This document shows positions 43,516 through 53,552 of a stretch of 64,000 nucleotides of DNA, in pieces; the first letter of the stretch is position 1, and every line of letters starts with the position of its first letter. Source of the DNA: Marispirochaeta sp. (lineage in GTDB: Bacteria; Spirochaetota; Spirochaetia; JC444; Marispirochaetaceae); NCBI GenBank assembly GCA_963676835.2, contig CAXXFF010000002.1, positions 608,001 through 672,000 on the forward strand, written 5' to 3'. The translations under genes were made by a program, and so were the position numbers. A model generated the notes under the pieces. The model had not been told where the DNA came from, did no database searches, and saw only the letters and a program-made list of their open reading frames with translations.

Positions 43516-44160
43516 ATGAAAAATGATATCGTGCTCATTGGCGGTGGAGGTCATTGTCGCTCTTGTATTGATGTTATTGAAGAAGAGGGATCGTTTAATA
43601 TAAAAGGAATAATAGATCAATCCAGTTTTATAGAAAACAACATACTAGGATATCCGATTATTGGTAATGATGATGATTTACCAATTTCAGGAGTGAATTA
43701 CTATTTTATTACTGTTGGGCAAATAGAAAGTCCTGAAATTAGGGTAAAGATCTATAAACATATAGAATCATTTAAGATTAATCTTCCGGTAATTATTTCT
43801 CCATATGCGTATGTTTCCAATCATGCAAAAATAGGACCAGGAACTATAATTATGCATGGTGCAATAGTTAATGCCGGGGCAGTAATCGGTACAAACTGCA
43901 TAATCAATACAAAAGCTTTGATAGAGCACGATGTGCAAATAGGGAATTTTTGTCATGTTTCCACTGCGGCAACCTTGAATGGCGGGGTTCAGCTCGGTAA
44001 TTATTCTTTCATTGGAAGTAACTCAACGATAAACCAGATGGCAAAAATACCTGATAACACTGTTATAGGATCAGGCTCAGTGGTTACAAGCAATAAGAAA
44101 TTATCCTCAAGTCAAACTTATTGGGGGAACCCATTAAAATCTAAGCATGATGAAAAATAA
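43516..44160 (+). CDS. NeuD/PglD-type hexapeptide-repeat acetyltransferase
   Basis: IGGGGHCRSCID, hexapeptide repeats, IEHD. Confidence 0.9.
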   Translation: MKNDIVLIGGGGHCRSCIDVIEEEGSFNIKGIIDQSSFIENNILGYPIIGNDDDLPISGVNYYFITVGQIESPEIRVKIYKHIESFKINLPVIISPYAYVSNHAKIGPGTIIMHGAIVNAGAVIGTNCIINTKALIEHDVQIGNFCHVSTAATLNGGVQLGNYSFIGSNSTINQMAKIPDNTVIGSGSVVTSNKKLSSSQTYWGNPLKSKHDEK

Positions 44161-45157
44161 GACTATCATAATTGCTGAAGCAGGCGTAAACCATAACGGA
44201 TCAATGGACATTGCTGTAAAGCTCATTGATGCTGCTAAAGAGACAGGATCTGATGTTATCAAGTTCCAATCCTTTATCGCTGAAAAGCTTGCTTCAAATA
44301 ATGCTAAAAAAGCGGAATATCAAAGTAAGAATAGCCTTGATACAAATATTTCCCAACTCGGTATGCTCAAAAAACTTGAACTTTCTTTTGATCAGCAGCG
44401 ATTCCTGTTTAACTATGCTGCTGAGAAAGGAATTGAAATTGCATCTACAGCATTTGATGAGGAGAGCATTGGGTTCCTTAGAGAAATAAATATGCCGTTT
44501 TGGAAAGTGCCTTCAGGAGAAATTGATAATACTCCGTATTTGAGAATAATAGGTTCCTTTAATAAGCCTGTTATTCTGTCGACAGGCATGAGTACTTTGG
44601 CAGATATAGAGTATGCGCTTGATGTTCTTGTTAAAGCGGGAACAAAGAGAGATAAAATATCTCTTCTTCATTGTACAACGGAATACCCGGCACCCTTTAA
44701 CGAAGTAAATATTAACGTCATTGAAACAATGAAAACCAGTTTCGGTCTCCCTGTTGGTTACTCTGACCATACTACAGGTATAAATGTGCCTATTGCTGCT
44801 GTTGCTAAAGGAGCCTGCATAATAGAAAAACATTTTACTCTGGATAAGAATATGCCCGGGCCGGATCACAAGGCTTCACTCGAACCTAAAGAATTTAAGG
44901 AAATGGTAACAGCTATCAGGCAAGTGGAAGAGGCTTTAGGAAATGGGATCAAACAAGTGACTGACTCTGAAAAAGCAAATATACCGATTGCACGAAAAAA
45001 TATTGTTACAGCTAAAAGAATCAGGGCAGGAGAACTATTTACTGAAGATAATTTGACAACAAAGCGTACAGGAGCAGGTATCAGCCCTAGGTACTGGGAT
45101 TTCATCATTGGGCGTAAAGCTGCACGGGACTATGAACCAGATGAGGAAATTGAATGA
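44147..45157 (+). CDS. neuB: Nonulosonic acid synthase (LegI/NeuB) with SAF domain
   Basis: IIAEAGVNHNG, KFQ, LHCTTEYP, GYSDHT, IEKHFTLD, GPDH.ASL, C-terminal SAF. Confidence 0.93.
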   Translation: MMKNKTIIIAEAGVNHNGSMDIAVKLIDAAKETGSDVIKFQSFIAEKLASNNAKKAEYQSKNSLDTNISQLGMLKKLELSFDQQRFLFNYAAEKGIEIASTAFDEESIGFLREINMPFWKVPSGEIDNTPYLRIIGSFNKPVILSTGMSTLADIEYALDVLVKAGTKRDKISLLHCTTEYPAPFNEVNINVIETMKTSFGLPVGYSDHTTGINVPIAAVAKGACIIEKHFTLDKNMPGPDHKASLEPKEFKEMVTAIRQVEEALGNGIKQVTDSEKANIPIARKNIVTAKRIRAGELFTEDNLTTKRTGAGISPRYWDFIIGRKAARDYEPDEEIE

Positions 45158-46311
45158 AATCTAATTTAAAAATAGCTGTAGTTACTGGTACCCGGGCAGA
45201 ATACGGATTGTTGCGCCCCTTAATAAAAAAACTTGATGAAAAATATTCGATCGTAATAATTGCAACGGGGATGCATTTATCTCCAGAATTTGGATTAACA
45301 GTAAATGAAATTGAAAATGATGGTTTTCGTGTAGAAGAAAAAATTGAAATGCTTCTGTCTGCCGATACTAAAACATCTGTAGTGAAGTCAATGGGTGTGG
45401 GATTGATATCTTTTGCAGAAATACTGGAAAGGACTATGCCTGATCTCCTCGTAGTGCTCGGGGACCGGTTTGAGATTTTGACTGCTGTAACGGCAGCTAC
45501 AATAATGAAAATACCAATAGCTCATCTTCATGGAGGCGAGCTTACGGAAGGAGCCGTCGACGATAATATTCGCCATGCAATTACCAAAATGAGCCATCTC
45601 CATTTTACATCCACAGAGTTGTATCGAAGAAGAGTTATTCAAATGGGGGAACAGCCGGACACTGTATTCAATGTTGGTGCAATCGGTCTGGATAATATTG
45701 CAACCCTGCATCTTCTTTCTAAAGAAGAGCTTTCACGTGATCTTGGGTTACAGTTCAAGGAGAAATGCATTCTTGTTACCTATCACCCTGTGACGCTGGA
45801 ATCTGTTTCCATCGAATTTCAGATAGATACCCTGTTCTCCGTTTTAGAAGAAGAAAAGAGTGCAACAATAATTTTTACCAAAGCCAATGCCGACGCAGAT
45901 GGGAGATATATTAATAGCAGGATTGAAGCATGGAGTCATAAGCATCCGGAGACTCACCTTTTTGCATCATTAGGGTCTTTACGTTATTTAAGCCTTTTGA
46001 AAGTATCAGATGTTGTAGTTGGAAATTCATCGAGTGGTATAATTGAAGCTCCGATGGTGAGAACCCCTACAGTAAATATCGGTACCAGGCAGAATGGAAG
46101 ACTGCGTGCTCTCTCTGTAATCGACTGTAGCTATAATAAAGAAGAAATTGGAAACAGTTTAAAAAAGGCTTTATCTGCTGAATTTCTTTCGGAAATAGAA
46201 ACAATGGATAATCCATATGGAAATGGAACAACTTCTAATAAAATTATCGAAATTATTGATAAAATTGATCTGGAAAAACTGATTCCCAAGCATTTTTATG
46301 ACTGGAGCTAA
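45154..46311 (+). CDS. neuC: Hydrolysing NDP-sugar 2-epimerase (LegG/NeuC)
   Basis: TGTRAEYGLL, LGDRFE, HLHGGE, GNSSSGIIEAP. Confidence 0.93.
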   Translation: MKSNLKIAVVTGTRAEYGLLRPLIKKLDEKYSIVIIATGMHLSPEFGLTVNEIENDGFRVEEKIEMLLSADTKTSVVKSMGVGLISFAEILERTMPDLLVVLGDRFEILTAVTAATIMKIPIAHLHGGELTEGAVDDNIRHAITKMSHLHFTSTELYRRRVIQMGEQPDTVFNVGAIGLDNIATLHLLSKEELSRDLGLQFKEKCILVTYHPVTLESVSIEFQIDTLFSVLEEEKSATIIFTKANADADGRYINSRIEAWSHKHPETHLFASLGSLRYLSLLKVSDVVVGNSSSGIIEAPMVRTPTVNIGTRQNGRLRALSVIDCSYNKEEIGNSLKKALSAEFLSEIETMDNPYGNGTTSNKIIEIIDKIDLEKLIPKHFYDWS

Positions 46312-47368
46312 GGTGAAAGATATTTTCATAGGAAAAGAAATAACTGTTAAAGATGCCCTGAAGAAACTGGATTTGGTTGCGTCTAAAGTGCTGTTGGTAA
46401 TAGATTCGTCTAAAAAATTACTTGGTACTTTGAGTGATGGTGATATCCGGAGGCACCTTCTTCAAGGTGGTTCCCTGGAGGATCCAATTCAGGGGATCTA
46501 TAATACATCCCCCAAGTATGCCAGTGACAATGAGCCGAAAACTTTACGCCAAATTCTTCTTAAGTATAAGATTGATCTTATCCCGTATCTGGATTCCTCC
46601 GGCCATGTGATAGATGCATACAATTGGGAAGATGTTTTTGATACTCCTCAGAAAGAAAACAGTTCTATTTTGAGTAAAGTCCCGATTGTTATTATGGCTG
46701 GCGGAAAAGGGACACGAATGCAGCCCTTCACCTCAGTATTGCCCAAGCCGCTTATTCCAATAGGTGAAAAGACCATACTTGAATTGTTAATTGATAATTT
46801 CTCAGATTTTGGTGCCCGGGATTTCTATTTCACAGTGAATTATCGGGGAGAGATGATTAAGGCTTTTTTTGACTCTATCGAAAAGCAGTATTCAATACAG
46901 TATATTTGGGAAAAGGAATTCGCAGGAACAGCTGGAAGTTTGTCTCTTATTGAATCAATGGACAGCACATTCCTTGTTTCGAATTGTGATATTATTGTGA
47001 AAGCTAATTATGAAGATATCTATAATTTTCATAAAGAGAGTGAAGCTGCTTTGACGGTTGTATCTTCTATACAGCATCATACAGTCCCGTATGGTGTTAT
47101 TGATTATGCCGACGGTGGTGTTGTTACGGGAATACGGGAAAAGCCGGAATTCTCTTTTCCAATTAATACGGGTGTATATATTTTGGAACCGGAGGCGCTC
47201 AACTATATTCCTCCGAACAAGGTGTTTCATATGACACATCTTATGGAAGCATTGATTGCAGATGGTAAAAAGGTTGTTACCTACATTGTAAACGAGAAAG
47301 ACTATATCGATATCGGCCAGTGGGAAGAATATCGTAAGGCAATATCCCTTATGGATTTCCCTAAATGA
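46298..47368 (+). CDS. CBS-domain nucleotidyltransferase (PtmE/LgaF-like)
   Basis: N-terminal CBS (DGDIRR) plus MAGGKGTRM.P.T..LPKPL. Confidence 0.88.
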   Translation: MTGAKVKDIFIGKEITVKDALKKLDLVASKVLLVIDSSKKLLGTLSDGDIRRHLLQGGSLEDPIQGIYNTSPKYASDNEPKTLRQILLKYKIDLIPYLDSSGHVIDAYNWEDVFDTPQKENSSILSKVPIVIMAGGKGTRMQPFTSVLPKPLIPIGEKTILELLIDNFSDFGARDFYFTVNYRGEMIKAFFDSIEKQYSIQYIWEKEFAGTAGSLSLIESMDSTFLVSNCDIIVKANYEDIYNFHKESEAALTVVSSIQHHTVPYGVIDYADGGVVTGIREKPEFSFPINTGVYILEPEALNYIPPNKVFHMTHLMEALIADGKKVVTYIVNEKDYIDIGQWEEYRKAISLMDFPK

Positions 47369-48369
47369 GTAAAGATGGTCTATCACAGTTGAATTCAATT
47401 GCCGTTGTCAGTCTGGGAAGTATTGGCAGGCGGCATGTGCAGACGATACATAGTGTCCTGCCGGAGTGTAATATTTGTGCGGTAAGAAGCGGTATTGGAA
47501 AAAAATGTAAGGAAGAAGCTCTTCTTGGTAGTGTATACTCCTCAATAGATGAAGTATTAGAAAGAAATATCAATGCTGCAATTATATGCAGTCCTGCCAG
47601 TTTTCACGCTGAATATGCTATTCCTTTTTTGAAAAAGAATATACCTGTACTTATTGAAAAACCGCTTGCAGGTACATATAAAGAAGCTTTCAGCATTTAT
47701 AAGGAATCTGAAAATAAAAAGGCTTATGTAGCTTATGTATTGCGGCATCACCCTGCATATAATAAAGTTGGAGAGATAATAAAAATAGGGGCTCTTGGAA
47801 AAATCCGTTCAGCAGAAATTACAGTGAGAACATTTTTACCTAATTGGCGTCCGGATACAGATTTTCATATATCTGTATCTGCTCAGAGAGAGCTTGGTGG
47901 CGGGGTCTTAAGGGAATTAAGCCATGAGCTTGACTATGCGCAAACAATATTAGGCAACTTTACTGAAGTTTTCGGGTATAGAAATCAGAACTCTGATTTG
48001 AATATTGGCGTAGAAGAACAGGTTACTGCTGTTCTTACGACAAGCAATAATATACATACACAAATGGTACTGGATTTTGCATCACGGGTCGAAGAGCGGT
48101 TTTTTAAAGTAATATTGGATAATGGGGTAGTATTCTGGAATCTTCTTGATCAGAGTGTTGCCATGCTTGAAAATGGACAAGATTCTGTCAAGTTTGAATA
48201 TAAAATGTCGCGGGATGAATTGTTTCAGCAGCAGTTCAAGGCATTTATTAATGCAGTTAAAGGGACAACAACAGATATGCCTACAATAGAAGAAGGACTT
48301 AAGGTTCTCGCGGTTATTGAAGGAATAGAAAAATCATTTTCAGAAGGGTTACCGGTACAGATTAAATGA
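47365..48369 (+). CDS. Gfo/Idh/MocA oxidoreductase (PtmF/ElaA-like)
   Basis: LGSIGRRH, IEKPL, LP.WRP, GGGVLRELSHELD. Confidence 0.85.
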   Translation: MSKDGLSQLNSIAVVSLGSIGRRHVQTIHSVLPECNICAVRSGIGKKCKEEALLGSVYSSIDEVLERNINAAIICSPASFHAEYAIPFLKKNIPVLIEKPLAGTYKEAFSIYKESENKKAYVAYVLRHHPAYNKVGEIIKIGALGKIRSAEITVRTFLPNWRPDTDFHISVSAQRELGGGVLRELSHELDYAQTILGNFTEVFGYRNQNSDLNIGVEEQVTAVLTTSNNIHTQMVLDFASRVEERFFKVILDNGVVFWNLLDQSVAMLENGQDSVKFEYKMSRDELFQQQFKAFINAVKGTTTDMPTIEEGLKVLAVIEGIEKSFSEGLPVQIK

Positions 48370-49073
48370 GAGTTTTTGCTTTTGTATTTGCCCGCGGCGG
48401 GTCAAAAGGATTAAAACATAAAAATATAAAGCCTTTGTCTGGAAAACCACTTATTGCATGGTCAATAGAGACAGCGCAGGCGATGCCCGGTATTGAACAG
48501 ATATTCGTTTCCACCGACAGTGTTGAGATTAAGAAAATAGCCGAAAATTATAATGCTATTGTAATTGACAGACCTGTTCATTTGGCTTCTGATGATGCTC
48601 CGGAATGGTTAGCCTGGCAGCATGCCGTTAGCTGGGTAGAGGAGCGGTATGGAGTCTTTGATACTTTTGTCAGTCTGCCGGCAACCTCCCCGTTGCGTTC
48701 GATTGTGGATGTAGATGCATGTATACAGGAGTATGAGAAAGACTCTTCTATTGATGCTGTTGTTACGATGACAGAAAGTGAACGAAGTCCCTGGTTTAAT
48801 ATGGTAAAAACAAACGTTTCAGGCTTTCTGGAAACTGTGAATAAAAATGATAACCAATACTCCCGCAGACAGGATGCGCCTAAGACGTATGATGTGACAA
48901 CGGTGTGTTATGTGACAGGCCCAGATTATATTAAGAAATCTCAGAACCTTTGGGCAGGAAATGTTTCGGGCATAACAGTTCCCCGTGATAGAGCCGTAGA
49001 TATTGATACAATAGATGATTTTTTATTTGCTGAGTATCTTTTAACTAAAAGGAAAAATAATGAGCCTGAATAG
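48366..49073 (+). CDS. Acylneuraminate cytidylyltransferase (LegF/ElaB-like)
   Basis: ARGGSKGL..KNI, VSTD, ATSPLR, RRQDAP, DIDT. Confidence 0.9.
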   Translation: MRVFAFVFARGGSKGLKHKNIKPLSGKPLIAWSIETAQAMPGIEQIFVSTDSVEIKKIAENYNAIVIDRPVHLASDDAPEWLAWQHAVSWVEERYGVFDTFVSLPATSPLRSIVDVDACIQEYEKDSSIDAVVTMTESERSPWFNMVKTNVSGFLETVNKNDNQYSRRQDAPKTYDVTTVCYVTGPDYIKKSQNLWAGNVSGITVPRDRAVDIDTIDDFLFAEYLLTKRKNNEPE

Positions 49074-49818
49074 TAAAATAATTATTGTTACAGGAGGAGC
49101 CGGATTAATCGGCACAGAAATCTGCAGGTCTATAGTTTCCAGAGGTGGAAATGTTTCTATTTGTGATATGAATGAAAAAAAAGGCATTTCTTTGCAGAAC
49201 GAGCTTGGTGATTCTAAAGCTTTATTCATTAGAACAGATATTTCTTTAAAAGAAAGCCTGGACTCGGCAATTAATGATACTATCACACGTTTCGGAAAAT
49301 GTGATGGATTGGTTCATTGTGCCTATCCTCGAACAGCAGATTGGGGAACAAAATTCGAAGAACTTTCAATAGATTCCATAACGGCTAATTTAACAAATCA
49401 GCTTGGAGGGACTATTTTAACAGCACAGAGGATAATCCCGCATCTGGAACTGAACGGGGGATCTATTGTTCTTCTTTCATCAATCCAGGGATTGAGTGCA
49501 CCGAAGTTTAATCATTATGAAGGGACATCTATGTCATCTCCCATTGAGTATTCAGCTATTAAGGCAGCTGTTAACTCTGTGGCCAGATATTTGGCAAAGT
49601 ATTTGAAGAATAAGAATATTCGGGTAAATACTGTAAGCCCCGGTGGTATCCTGGCAAATCAGCCACAGAACTTTCTTGATCAGTATCGTAAAGACTGCAT
49701 TAACAAGGGTATGCTTGATCCTGAAGATATCAGTGGTGCAGTATGTTTTCTTCTTTCAGATGATTCAAAATATATTAATGGGCAGAACATTGTTGTTGAT
49801 GATGGTTGGTCCTTATAA
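49060..49818 (+). CDS. SDR oxidoreductase (PtmA/ElaC-like)
   Basis: TGGAGLIG, AYPR, EYSAIK, GQNIVVDDGW. Confidence 0.85.
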   Translation: MSLNSKIIIVTGGAGLIGTEICRSIVSRGGNVSICDMNEKKGISLQNELGDSKALFIRTDISLKESLDSAINDTITRFGKCDGLVHCAYPRTADWGTKFEELSIDSITANLTNQLGGTILTAQRIIPHLELNGGSIVLLSSIQGLSAPKFNHYEGTSMSSPIEYSAIKAAVNSVARYLAKYLKNKNIRVNTVSPGGILANQPQNFLDQYRKDCINKGMLDPEDISGAVCFLLSDDSKYINGQNIVVDDGWSL

Positions 49819-49864
49819 ACTACATGAACAGAGTTTCGCAGAATATTAGATTATTGGAGAGATT

Positions 49865-51232
49865 ATGAATATTTATATTCATGTTGAAATAGTAGCTCGA
49901 GAGCTGGACGGTAAATTATTATTAGCGCTCTGTGCTGCCGAAAGAGGGCATGAAGTTATTGTCAGCTGCCATGAAACAATACGTTATATGGTTAAAAAGA
50001 GAAATCTTTTTAAGCCGGGTATTTTTCATGCGAAGGATATTGCCCCCAGGTCAGCAAAAATTAAACGACATGAAAAACTAATCAACCATGGCTTCCTTAT
50101 AACAAGTATGGATGAAGAAGGTCGACTTATAAGCTGGGACTATGAACCCTTTGCTTTCGGACGTTTTTCTGATACATCATTAGCCCAAACTGCGGGTATT
50201 TTCTGTTGGGGGAACCATGATTACACCGAATTAAGGCGAATATATCCGCAATTTAAAGAAATTTTCTATAAAACTGGTTCAACAAGAGCGGATTTATGGC
50301 AAAATACTTTCAGTCCCTTTTGGGGCAAGCCTGAGCATCTGCCAAAGAAAAAATATCTGCTTTTTTCCAGTAATTTCGGCCATGCACAAAACTATCAGCG
50401 GTTTTGGACAATTATAAACGGTCATAGAAAAAGCGGATATTTTGAAAGGACACCTGAACTTGAAGAAGAAAAATATATTCGATGTTCGGAAGAGATAAAA
50501 GTAATTTTTGAAGTTATAAAAGCGTTAAAATTTCTTTCTGAGGCTATTCCTGATATAGACATTGTTATACGACCTCACCCAGTTGAAGACCCGCGAGGAT
50601 GGAAAGATCTGCTGGGTGATACTGATAACATACATGTCATAAAAGAAGGTCCGATCAGTCCCTGGGTTAATAACTCCATTGCAGTTATGCATAATGGCTG
50701 TACAACAGCATTAGAATCGGTTGTTGCAGAAAAGCCGGTAATTACTTTTGTGCCTTTTAAACAAACATATGAGAATGACATGCCAAATTCTCTTGGCATT
50801 AAAACAACAAACAAAGAACAGGTTCTGGAAGCAGTAAAGAAAATTCTTGATGATCAATATGATAAGGAAATCGAAATTCGAGATGAAAAGATTGTAACTG
50901 AAAAATTAGATTATTCTCAAAATGAACTCGCTGCCGACCGGATGATCGATGTATGGGAAAAAATCGATAACAGTTCGTTAAACGCAAAAAACAACTGGCA
51001 GAAAATTAAAAAAGCACTTCTATTAAAGAATATTATCATGAATATATTAGTGGTAGTATCGCGTATTGTTAGAAGAAAAGATCGTATTCGATACCGCAGA
51101 GAATTTCTCCCTCTATCAAATAAAACCATTCAGAAAAAAGTGATGCTCTTAAAGCAATGTATTAATAAGGGAGAAAACGTTTCAGTTGAAATGCTGGACA
51201 GTAGGACTATATTGTTCAGGAAAAAGAAATAA
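49865..51232 (+). CDS. Surface carbohydrate biosynthesis protein (LIC13510-like), possible nonulosonate transferase
   Basis: EIVARELDGKLLLA, DEEG, IRPHP.E, HNGCTTALE. Confidence 0.7.
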   Translation: MNIYIHVEIVARELDGKLLLALCAAERGHEVIVSCHETIRYMVKKRNLFKPGIFHAKDIAPRSAKIKRHEKLINHGFLITSMDEEGRLISWDYEPFAFGRFSDTSLAQTAGIFCWGNHDYTELRRIYPQFKEIFYKTGSTRADLWQNTFSPFWGKPEHLPKKKYLLFSSNFGHAQNYQRFWTIINGHRKSGYFERTPELEEEKYIRCSEEIKVIFEVIKALKFLSEAIPDIDIVIRPHPVEDPRGWKDLLGDTDNIHVIKEGPISPWVNNSIAVMHNGCTTALESVVAEKPVITFVPFKQTYENDMPNSLGIKTTNKEQVLEAVKKILDDQYDKEIEIRDEKIVTEKLDYSQNELAADRMIDVWEKIDNSSLNAKNNWQKIKKALLLKNIIMNILVVVSRIVRRKDRIRYRREFLPLSNKTIQKKVMLLKQCINKGENVSVEMLDSRTILFRKKK

Positions 51233-51235
51233 CAA

Positions 51236-51982
51236 TCACACTTTCTTCTTCAATGTATCCTTCATCTTTTCTTTTACCCCGGATCCCAGGGACTTCCTAA
51301 TGACAGAAAACAGCTCAAGGTAATAATTCAGTTTATACACGGGTATTGCATGTGAATCATCTTTATAGTTTTCTGCGATATTACCTTTTACATATATAAA
51401 TATGCTTTCCGGTTCATACGCAATGGCGGTGAAGAGTGTTTCGAGATAAGGAGAATGGTTTCCATAGGAAACTTGTAGATTAAATTGTTTCTTCAGTTCT
51501 GTTATCGATCTCAAATTTATCATTTCAGGACTATAGTTCAGTGCTGTATGATTCAATACTGGAACAATATCATGTTTTTTCAGGAAATCAACCGTAGACT
51601 GAATTTCATCACAGTCCGATAATCCTGTGGATACATAAACGTCTTTTCCGGTTAAAGCGATTTTTTCCAGAAGATCGAAATTCTTAATATCCTTGCTTAA
51701 AACCTTGAAAAAGGACACGCCTGACTGTACAAAGAAATCAACTTTATTTGGATCAGATAAAGCGATACCGAATCTCTTTTTTTTCAACAGAATCTTTTGA
51801 GCAGCCTCGGCATAAACAGAATCATCCAGGAAATATTTTTCATTTTTTGACTGGGTATAATATTCAGCTTCCCGAACCTGCATGGTTACCGCATCTATAG
51901 GAGTCGAAAGGATAACATCAAGAAGACTGCTTACGACTGATTCTTCACCCTGATGATTTAGTCCCAGTTCAGCTATAATCAT
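51236..51982 (-). CDS. Divergent NeuB-family protein without SAF domain
   Basis: IIAELGLNHQG, VSTGLS, YGNHS; IEKH motif absent. Confidence 0.75.
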   Translation of the reverse strand: MIIAELGLNHQGEESVVSSLLDVILSTPIDAVTMQVREAEYYTQSKNEKYFLDDSVYAEAAQKILLKKKRFGIALSDPNKVDFFVQSGVSFFKVLSKDIKNFDLLEKIALTGKDVYVSTGLSDCDEIQSTVDFLKKHDIVPVLNHTALNYSPEMINLRSITELKKQFNLQVSYGNHSPYLETLFTAIAYEPESIFIYVKGNIAENYKDDSHAIPVYKLNYYLELFSVIRKSLGSGVKEKMKDTLKKKV

Positions 51983-53142
51983 TATTTCAACCTTCCTTCG
52001 ATATACAATAGAATTTCCTGTAAAACACCATCTCCGCCGGGAGTCTGTAAAACGATATCAGCTGCCTCCCTGATAATTGGATGAGCATCTTTTGGGGAAA
52101 ATGAGACACCGCTTTTCTCAATTATCTTAAGGTCATTAAGACCGTCTCCGACAAAAGCGATATTCTCCCATTTAAAGGAAGAATCATTCATCCATTCTTC
52201 TATTTTTGTTACTTTATCGGTTATTCCATGAAAGTAATTGGTTACTTGCAGTTTTTCCACACGTTTCTGAACCGGCAATGAAGATTCTGATGTACAAACG
52301 ACAATTTCAAAACCCAGTTCCTTAAACTTTACAATTGCGGCTCCGTCGCGTGTATTAAACTTTTTTAGGTATTCACCATCAGAGTTATAATACATACCAC
52401 CATCGGTTAAAGTACCGTCAATATCGGCAACAATGACTTTTATCTTCTGAAGATCACTTTCTTTACCGGCATCACCTTTGAGCTTCTTGAAGGCCATTTC
52501 AGCATCAGGCCAGTCTCCTGGTTCATCGATCTCTATTCCGGTTTCTTCTTTCATAACATAAACACTTATTTTACCAGCGAGACGGCTTTCATGCTCAACA
52601 AGAACAGGAGTTTTGGTAAAATAAAAACTGCCGTTTTCCATTATGTTATCATTAAATTCCTGCCGACGCGGTCTATGTACCGGATCGTAGTTTATAGGTG
52701 TGCCTGCTTTCTTCCAGATAAATCTGTGAAACGGGACACCTGTTACAAGAGAATCGGATTTTTCTGCAAGAAACTGTGCATACGCCGACTGAAAATCTTC
52801 TGGTGTGACCGTAGGTGTTGTAATCTGGATAAGCGAGAGTACATCGCAAGGGTTTTCTTTTTCAAACCATAACATTAAAGATTCTACAGTTGCTTCATCT
52901 GTTGCCGTATAGTCCGGACGAAAAACTACATTCGCTTCAGGTAACCATTCCCTGATCATATCGTGATACTGTTGAGAATCAACAGCTATATAAAGGCCGC
53001 CTGTATATATACCGCTATCAAGCGCTGCTTTCGCAGCCCAGTAAAATAGCGGTTTCTTATGAAATAGCTTGATATTCTTGTTAGGTATAGATTTTGAGCC
53101 TGAACGCAAAGCTATGAGCCCGGTTACAATTTCTTTAGACAT
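51982..53142 (-). CDS. Fused CMP-nonulosonate synthetase and KdsC-like HAD phosphatase
   Basis: RSGSKSIPNKNI, RPRRQE, ENGSFY; C-terminal DIDGTLTDGG, FNTRDG, GDGLND. Confidence 0.9.
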   Translation of the reverse strand: MSKEIVTGLIALRSGSKSIPNKNIKLFHKKPLFYWAAKAALDSGIYTGGLYIAVDSQQYHDMIREWLPEANVVFRPDYTATDEATVESLMLWFEKENPCDVLSLIQITTPTVTPEDFQSAYAQFLAEKSDSLVTGVPFHRFIWKKAGTPINYDPVHRPRRQEFNDNIMENGSFYFTKTPVLVEHESRLAGKISVYVMKEETGIEIDEPGDWPDAEMAFKKLKGDAGKESDLQKIKVIVADIDGTLTDGGMYYNSDGEYLKKFNTRDGAAIVKFKELGFEIVVCTSESSLPVQKRVEKLQVTNYFHGITDKVTKIEEWMNDSSFKWENIAFVGDGLNDLKIIEKSGVSFSPKDAHPIIREAADIVLQTPGGDGVLQEILLYIEGRLK

Positions 53143-53393
53143 GATCAGTCTGCTCCTCCAAGCTATATTTATTCATAGTGTTTACCCTTATTATACCAAG
53201 GAAAATAAATCTTTATATGTGTGTATATTTCAGGATGATAGGCAAATTAACCGAAGTGTGCAAGGTAGAGCAACCTGGAAACGGAACAGGTAAAGAAGAA
53301 AAATTATGTTTCACCATTGGTTTACCAATATATTAGACTCAAAAGGTGCGTTGAATAAATGCAAGACATATGATAGTAAATTTCAGTTTAAAT

Positions 53394-53416
53394 ACATAAC
53401 TTCTATAAAGTTATGT
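53394..53416. promoter_or_regulatory. Operator-like inverted repeat in divergent intergenic region
   Basis: ACATAACTT-CTATA-AAGTTATGT, perfect 9-bp arms. Confidence 0.4.
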
Positions 53417-53552
53417 GCGTTGCATGTAACCACAACATGTATTTCTGGTCAAGCAATTCAATCAGCATGTCTGAAGAAGAGAATACCGTGGCTCTGTTCC
53501 AGGGATTTTCCTCCCTGCTGAAACATCTTGGATATAAGGAGATTGACAATAA

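Noticed and set aside
53394..53416. loxP-like recombination site (ATAACTTC...AAGTTAT)
   Set aside because: Arms and spacer are too short for loxP geometry and no recombinase is nearby; kept only as a possible operator
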